DNA of 44,427 nt, filler included, from Catajapyx aquilonaris (taxonomy: Eukaryota), in the NCBI GenBank assembly GCA_000934665.2. It is 2 parts of 2 records of this genome, joined end to end, with 100 filler letters (N's around TTAATTAATTAA, not from the genome) between each part and the next. Parts side by side here need not be neighbours in the genome. Positions count along the whole stretch, not along the records: positions 22,222 to 44,427 come from JYFJ02005916.1; 1 more part is not named here. The stretch is one strand, 5' to 3'. The notes under the pieces were generated by a model. The model was given only the letters and a program-made list of their open reading frames with translations. It was not told the DNA's origin and did not search any database. Positions 37,313-44,427 of this stretch are shown piece after piece (position 1 is the stretch's first letter; every line of letters begins with the position of its first letter). The translations under genes were made by a program, and so were the position numbers.

Positions 37313-39209
37313 TCTATGTGGTTTTATATCAATGGCAATGACTGAATGGAGGATAAATTGGCAGCCTGACATCTGGCCCATTTTTTGCAGATATTTTGTA
37401 ATAAAAATACAACAAGTTTTTACCCCAAAATATCAGCTGAGGAGCACTTGATTGAAAGATTATGACAAGTAGGGATGACGGCCTTCTCCCTTTTCTGTTG
37501 TGGCCGCAATACCTTCGAAGGGGGTGGGTGGGGGAGCCAAAGCGGCTAAGGCCAAGACCAATGAACTTTGTGCAGGTGACAACCAGTAGAAACGCCCACA
37601 CTTTGTTATCAAACACAATAGCCTAAATATCCGCACAAACAATACTGTGTGGACAAGCTTAAGATCTGCATGAGGTGGTGTCTTGCATGTTGCACGGATT
37701 TGTGAACACACAACTTCACTACATGTAATTCCATTTTCAGTTGCGGTGGAGGAACCAAGCCATGTGCCATCAGGTTACGCACATGAATGGAATGCAAGGC
37801 AGTAATCTGTGATACTGAAGCTGCAGTAAGCACACTAATAAAGAACCAGGTGAATGTGCAGTGCCCTGCTTCCTCCCTAACAGCCAAATACAGAATCATC
37901 TGGAGGGAAGCTTGTCTGTTCACTAACTGGTGCAAAGTGTAGTAAACACTGCTCGTATTATTCACAACAGATGCTTTTGCACTAAGGCTGCTCAACACAT
38001 GATGGTGATAAATTTTATTCTGGACTCACTGTCAGCCATGGTCGGGAGCCATAACGAAACGCATGTCATCATAAACATGTCCAGCCCTCCAGTGTAAATG
38101 CACCTTATAACTTTTGGAGTTGTGCAAAAAAAACAACAACATATCAACAATACACATTAGCGAATCTGGTATACCATACCCTATTCACTTCCTCTTACAG
38201 GCAATGCACATAGGAATCTCAGTTACCCACGAATGTTCAGTGAATATCATTTTTGCCCTCCTTGATATTCAGAATCTACTCAACAGTAAAATTTCCATAG
38301 GCTGTACATCCATGTAATGATTACCATGTACGCTACTGAATTTAACTTGTTACGGTACCTACTGTTCCTTAGGCCCATTGTGGCACATTCACTTGTAATT
38401 TACATAGCATTCGTAAATGGATAAACGCAGATCATTCATGTACCCTGAACATTATTTTGTATTGAACATTTCACATTAAATACATTGACCTGGCATGCCT
38501 GAACGCTCATTGAACATTCACGTGTTACTGGGTAAGCTAAGAAGACATCGGATACTGTACCATTTTGAGGGTGACAGCTGATTCAATCACAAGTTTTAGA
38601 AGAGCCATGGAGATCGCCATGTTGGATTAACTTCGCTGTAGCCAGATGATGTGGTTGATAATATACTAAAATAAATGGTATAAAACTTTATAAATCGGAT
38701 TATTTCATTACATTTCTTGCCAAATATATCATAATAATTAGATTTTTTCATTAACAAATGGTGTCTTTCAGAGGTTAGCGGCAGGATTCTGAAGCCACAA
38801 TACCGGCTCCTGGTCCCAACGAGCACAACGAGGGAGATATTCCGAAGCACACAATATAGGCTCACTGGTCGCGGCCCTCGGTTCGGACAACAGCTCACTT
38901 GGTGGCAGGAATGAGGAAATATCATATTTCATCATTCTCACCTCGAGTGCTAGTGTAAACACGTCACAACTTGATCCTGGTAATATGAACTAAATAATGA
39001 AACTACTAATAAATTATATTTAAATACTACGTAACTTTGACAAATTCATACAGTTCATATACGTATGTATCTCTTTCGTTTCAGGGAGGCAGCAATAACC
39101 CAATACATGACAGCCATAAGATGAGCCTCGCAGAGCTCTTCAGGTAGGCTACAAGTGCCATTATATGCTATGCCAAAACAGCTAGATAGTGTGTGTACAA
39201 ATATTAATT

Positions 39210-39340
39210 ATGGGTCGAATTTTCGTCCCACTGCTATAGTTACTGCTAACTCAGCAGTACCAGGCAGTACCATTTCCAACACTGGTAGGGCCTACTGATA
39301 AGTTAGCAGTAACTACCAGTGGGACGAAAATTCCACCCAT
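39210..39340. mobile_element. Hairpin MITE
   Basis: ~40-bp inverted ends ATGGGT(C/G)GAATTTTCGTCCCACTG..TAGTTACTGCTAACT; TSD unclear. Confidence 0.65.
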
Positions 39341-40361
39341 TGTTTTTTTTAAAAAGTCAAAAAAGTCAATTTTTTACTTTATATGGTAACTTATGCATAT
39401 TAGTGTAAAATTCTGCTATATTTCCCTCGTATATGATATTTACTCATGCACACAACATCCCATACATTTGCCTTTGCACTTTCTGATCATGCCCCGGTCC
39501 CATGGGTGACGGATAATCGGGGTTATTCTACTGTACAAGCATACCTTGCTTTAGCTTTACAATGTTTTACTCGAGACATTCCCATGGGATGTGACTAATA
39601 AAGGTCGAAGTAGGCTATTTAGATTTTGAGACTGTAGCCTAGGCCTACCAACTTTGATAGTGAACGCCAGTATGTGGTCAGGGATTACTTACTACAGATG
39701 AGGTCCAGGAAAGGAGCCGTCGTGGGACCAGACCAAAAGGCATTCGGCCACGACCAATGGGGCCCAGCATGAGAGGGAGCATGCACGAGCTCCGGGTAAG
39801 ACAAACTCTCTCTAATCACACATACACACAGAGAAATTGCTGGGTGAGACAATATCATTAATGAGCTTGCATTCTTTGTTCCCTCACATGTCTGCTGCTT
39901 GGGTGGCACTGTGGCATAGTGGTTAGCAAGAGTTCCGATGGGTTCTCCTCGTATTTGCATGGATCTTCTTGGGATCTCTTGTTAATTCCTGCAACTATAA
40001 AAATCCATAAAAGTGTTGCAGAGATTGAATAAGTTTGGGCATAAGTACCTAACAGGTCCCAGTAGCGCAGTAGGTCTCTCACTGGATGCGCAATTAATTT
40101 ATTTATTGTTATCTGCTGCTCATGTGTGAAATGGTAACCTGAAGTAGTGGCTATGTGAATAATTTCTGGTATAATTATCTATAGCCTACAGGAATTGTTC
40201 ACTTTGCAAACTTGCATAATTATGTGCAATAGATGACTATGCAAAATTCTTTCATCAAGGTTGGTTTACACAGTTGGATAACAAGTTCTACTGAATTTAC
40301 TTTTGTGCAATTTTATTGAAAACTGCCTAAATGAGGGAATCCATGGATTACTTACCTTGTA

Positions 40362-40470
40362 ATACATACATACATACATACATACATACATACATACATA
40401 CATACATACATACATACATACATACATACATACATTTATTCACAGCATTAGTTCCCATAGGAACCCTGGA
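40362..40470 (-). repeat. (TACA)n microsatellite, probably a retroposon 3' tail
   Basis: Minus strand reads hairpin GGTTCCTATGGGAACT, then AATAAA, then (TGTA)n. Confidence 0.7.
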
Positions 40471-40695
40471 CTTTATATAGTACTACCTAATTTAGGGTAC
40501 GTGATTCCGCACGAATAAAAATATCAAACTAAATATTATTTTTATGGAATAAATACTGAATATAATGATGAATGCAGTACTTGTGCAGTCACACGCTTTA
40601 AACCGGTGGGTTGCATTGTTAATGTTATTATTGGCATTCATTATTGCAGCACTGCTCTATTCAATCTAGAACAAAATAAAAGCCCGCCAGACCCT

Positions 40696-40771
40696 GTGAC
40701 GTCAGACTCGATGACGTCACGATGGATATTTCGTCACTGAGTCGACGTCACGAGTGCCGCTCCGTAATTGG
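40696..40771. promoter_or_regulatory. Cluster of CRE/ATF-type sites plus reverse CCAAT box (putative promoter)
   Basis: TGACGTCA at 40697-40704 and 40712-40719, CGACGTCA at 40743-40750, ATTGG at 40767-40771; 150-225 nt upstream of ATG 40921. Confidence 0.45.
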
Positions 40772-40920
40772 TCAGGACTGGGAGGGGAATCTGAGGTGGG
40801 GGGAGAGAATGGAACGTTTCTCCCTAGTTGACCCTTCATGCTTCAGACCACGCTTCAGACCTTCTGCTTTGCCTTCTGTGTGTCACGCTGTGGTTCTGAA
40901 CATTATTAAGAGAATAAAAA

Positions 40921-41545
40921 ATGTCGTACCGCGACCAGGCCAGCTGCTCGTCACCACAGATGCTGCAACAACAGCAGCCCAAGGGGGCGGCTCGTAGGTA
41001 CTACGAGGAACTGTTGAGTGCGGGCAGAGGCCCGAATCAGCCCAGGCAGGACGGCCATGGACAAATAACCCAAGCTAGGTAAAATTTGTTAATTGCCCCA
41101 CCTCTTCGCTTACAATACTAACTGTTTTATAGTGCTGAGAGCGTAGAGTGCAGTAGGCCTACTATTATATATTATGCTTGTATTCAGCATGCGTCCCAGG
41201 AAGGCATTGCAGAAACATCAGCAGGCCAGCAAGCATCACAAGGTGATGCAGAGCAGCAATAATGATCGTCCCTCCCAGCATATGCCGCCTCCCCATACAT
41301 CAGGCACAGCGAAAAGGTCTGCGTTTGATGAACTGGCCGAACATCAGGAACAGTGGGAAGAGAAGGACAGGTGTGCTACTCAAAAGGTGCACGAAGCTGC
41401 GCAGAAAGTGAGGGAAAGTGCAGCCACTTTCCGAGGATTTATGCACCACTTAGAAGCAGTTGGTAACTTTATGAAGCAGAAATACGAGGAGGAGAAGCAC
41501 CACCGTCAGTCGGTGATGGATGATGCCTACAATGCATCATCATAG
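40921..41545 (+). CDS. Candidate two-exon small protein (171 aa) with low-complexity N-half and helical/coiled-coil C-half; function unknown
   Basis: ATG 40921, exon 40921-41078, GT donor 41079, TTCAG acceptor 41187, exon 41188-41545; phases match. Upstream CRE/CCAAT cluster. No recognised family and no nearby canonical AATAAA. Confidence 0.5.
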
Positions 41546-41877
41546 ACAGCTTAATGTTCACCAGGTGTGTCAATTTGTTACTCTGGAATGTCTGGATGGT
41601 TTTTCACATTATTCACATGTAAGCTGGTTGACTGAAAAGTCCTCTCCTGTCCCTATAGGCCAGCCATAAATGCACCAATGCCAGTGCTGTTGTAATACCA
41701 GTACTCCATGCCATCATCACTGTTAGAGTAGTGTTAGTTAGAAAAAGTTTTTAAAAACATTATACATATTGCCACACTGCCCTTTGTAATGAGTCTGTCT
41801 TAGCCAGAACACTCAATATAATTATGTCAGCAGGATGACCTCTATCTACCCCTGACTTAAAATATGTTATTCAGGAA

Positions 41878-43141
41878 TCTCTGGCTTTCCTTCGTAGAAT
41901 AATTATAATTTGTACAGATCCAGATTTGGTCAGAAGCCCTTCTGAAAGTATCTTAGCAATCTTTTTTTGTCTTCTAAGGGATGCCCTATTGTTATGTATG
42001 GGGGAGGGGGGGGAGATCCATACTGACCCTGCAAAGTGCTATTCAATCAAATTAATTTTTTGTTACCAAAAAATATTTGGGGGAAGACCAGCCGATCATT
42101 TTATATTTGGATTCATGTCTGAGTTGATCTAAAGATCCTTAGGAATCAATTTATGCCTTGGGTAGAAATAGTATGTCAAGCACATAACCCGCCAGGCAAG
42201 GGAAAGAACCATTTTTGTTTAACATTCCAAAAAGCAGCAACACCATGAACATGTAAACATGATCAGTACAGATATTGTAAGGTTTTCTTTTTCAAAGAGT
42301 GTCTCAAGATCATATTTAAGGAATATTGAAATATATTACATTTGCACTCCAAGTTCAGTTACCTTTGAATAATTTATTTCTTCCGCATTGTCTTTCATAA
42401 CCTCAAACTTTCACTGTACTAAAAACACTCGTGTAATAATGACAGATGTGTTAGTATTTGAGGACCTGAACTGAACTGAACTGAATGGCTTTATTTATTT
42501 CAGTTGGTTGGCCTGCAGCAATAGGACCTTCCAGTTCGTGTGTTGTCTCTGCGTTTGGTGCGCAAGGTGCGTTTAAAAAACAAGACTTATTGTAATTAAT
42601 AATAAATCACCATTCATTTTTGCTCTTTTGTTTTGAGTGTAAGTGACCATCCCAATCCCTACTGTGCACAAAGTGATCCTTCAGAGAGCTGATGTCCGTT
42701 TTAATATGACAAGAAAAATTTATATTTCCATTACTATGCAGATCCTTGCTCCACCACTATGAGATATTTTTCTAGATATCTGCTGTAGTTTTAGGAATAT
42801 GGATTGATATCAACTATTATGTCCCTCTCCGTTACTAATGGGTCTCTTCATTTTAGTTCTGCCTAATATTTCCTACACTATCTGATTCCTCCATGCTATC
42901 CAATAAGTCGAGCAGAAAGGAAACATTTTCTCCTCTAGTCAATATTATTCAATCAACTCACTGGATGTAACTTGGCATTAAATTAATAACTCTCTGGCTT
43001 TCCTTCGTAGAATTATGATTTGACTGATCCAGACTTGGGCTGAGCCCTTCTAAAAATATCACAGTCTTTTTTTGTTTGTCTTCTAAGGGATGTCGATGCC
43101 CTATTATGATTATTATGTATGGGGGGAACGATCCATACTGA
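41878..43141. repeat. Diverged ~150-bp direct repeat (41878-42026 and 42991-43141)
   Basis: Shared TCTCTGGCTTTCCTTCGTAGAAT..GATCCAGA..GCCCTTCT..GTCTTCTAAGGG..GATGCCCTATT..GATCCATACTGA. Confidence 0.85.
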
Positions 43142-43324
43142 TACGCCTCCAGTGGTCTCCCCTCGCTCCCAACTACTACTGACCTCTGGGGTCATGCTCA
43201 CATACGCCACACCGATGCTATCAGAGTCATTTTCCACCCAGTGCAGTCCTGTAATATTGATTCCTTGCTGTCACCCTATTGGTCATGGGGTACTCAGCCT
43301 CAAAACTAAAATTAAAGCAATATA

Positions 43325-43739
43325 ATAGATGTCAAATGTCAAAGAAAATGATCTGCTTTGAGTTGATTTTGCGGCAAACTGGGTCCGCCATCTTTAGAGA
43401 GCTCTAACTACTCGAATGTTATTGCTTGGTTTACAGCTTGCTCATCAAAAGCCTTGGCCAGCATTTAGTGGGCTGCAGCCGAAAAGTTTCTTTGAGCTTG
43501 TAGCAAGACGCAAATCCTTTGCTCCTTAACATCAGCCATTTCGAAAAATCTCAGAAACACAAGAACACGGTGTCAAGAAAACTGCCGAAACTCAGAAACA
43601 TGTGCACCTATGAAGATGATATTTTTCAGATTAATACTGAGCTGAAAGGTGCATCTAGCGCCCCCTAGCATCACAAGTTCGTACCTCTACTGGTTTGCAC
43701 GGTATATCCAAAATCCGGAAAATTTTGGATCACACCTCG
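43325..43739 (-). mobile_element. Internally deleted mariner relic
   Basis: TA|CGAGGTGTGATCCAAAATTTTCCGGA TIR at 43739; ATG 43539 MADVKEQRICV, then frameshifted MLAKAFDEQAV..TFE*..KDG and IIFFDI. Confidence 0.75.
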
Positions 43740-44082
43740 TATCCAGTACTTTGCAGTAATTCGATCACTAAGGTCCAGTACTTTGCAGTATTTCAATTAC
43801 TGAATGCCAGTGTTCCAATGATTAACAGAATAGTGATTATTACTGGTGAATAAGTATTTCAATCACTGGTATGTAGTACTCATGAGTACTTGAATTCCTC
43901 ATGCCAATGTTCCAGCAGTGATAAATATATAGTGCTAGTGATTCATTATTTTAAGTATCACTTGATGTATAAAAGCTATATTACATGTATTATAATGACA
44001 CCGGGTGCAATATGTAACAACCATGAAAATTTATTCAATTGGTACATATAAATTTGTAGGAATTTAGAGCGTCACTTTACAT

Positions 44083-44427
44083 CAGTGGTTCCCAAAACCA
44101 GGAGGGCGTGAGAGGATTTCAGGAGGGGCGTGAGGCCATGAGAAATACGTAAAATAATGTTAACATGTTTCCGCTTGGCGCTGCTGGAAATATGAAGGGA
44201 CCAACTTTTCTCCTTGCTTGTATCCGATGTGCTTACAGTGTAGGAATATTCCACTGTACTTTGTCAGCTACATTCACCTAAACTTTGTGACCTTGAACCC
44301 AAAAAAATTTCGCCTGCGGCGGGCTTATTGGTCCATCTGTTGTTGCCCCTACTTCAACAAATTTTCATTCCTCAGTTATAAAATTTACTTTCAAGAAACT
44401 CTTGCTGAAATTTATTAGGGGGGGGGG
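44083..44427. mobile_element. Probable hAT/Charlie-type MITE left end (runs off window)
   Basis: CAGTGGTTCCCAAA terminus; a similar right-end TTTGAGAACCGCTG is seen at 76-89. Confidence 0.4.

Noticed and set aside
43742..43960. Spaced repeats CCAGTACTTTGCAGTA (CRISPR-like?)
   Set aside because: Only two good copies then degenerate, eukaryotic context, no cas genes; likely TE subterminal or minisatellite decay.

Overview
Eukaryotic, intron-rich and TE-rich genomic DNA, most likely from an invertebrate (many 56-92 nt introns). Three conserved protein-coding genes can be reconstructed exon by exon with GT-AG sites and consistent phases: thiamine pyrophosphokinase (TPK1, + strand, ~840-5579), V-ATPase V0 subunit a (- strand, 16 coding exons, 17596-11158, 815 aa) and an SLC16/monocarboxylate-transporter-family gene (+ strand, 8 coding exons, 28505-32880, 754 aa). 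Intergenic and intronic DNA is packed with tRNA-derived SINEs, MITEs of several superfamilies, mariner relics, a LINE 3' end and microsatellites. There is one artificial assembly gap (22122-22221). Most notable: (i) a five-layer nested TE stack at 5930-8987 with a 1.8-kb foldback palindrome at its core; (ii) a ~340-bp retroposon at 21260-21602 whose 5' part fits the HDV-like ribozyme double-pseudoknot; (iii) a candidate two-exon orphan coiled-coil gene at 40921-41545 behind a CRE-palindrome cluster. All calls were made by eye; no database searches were run.
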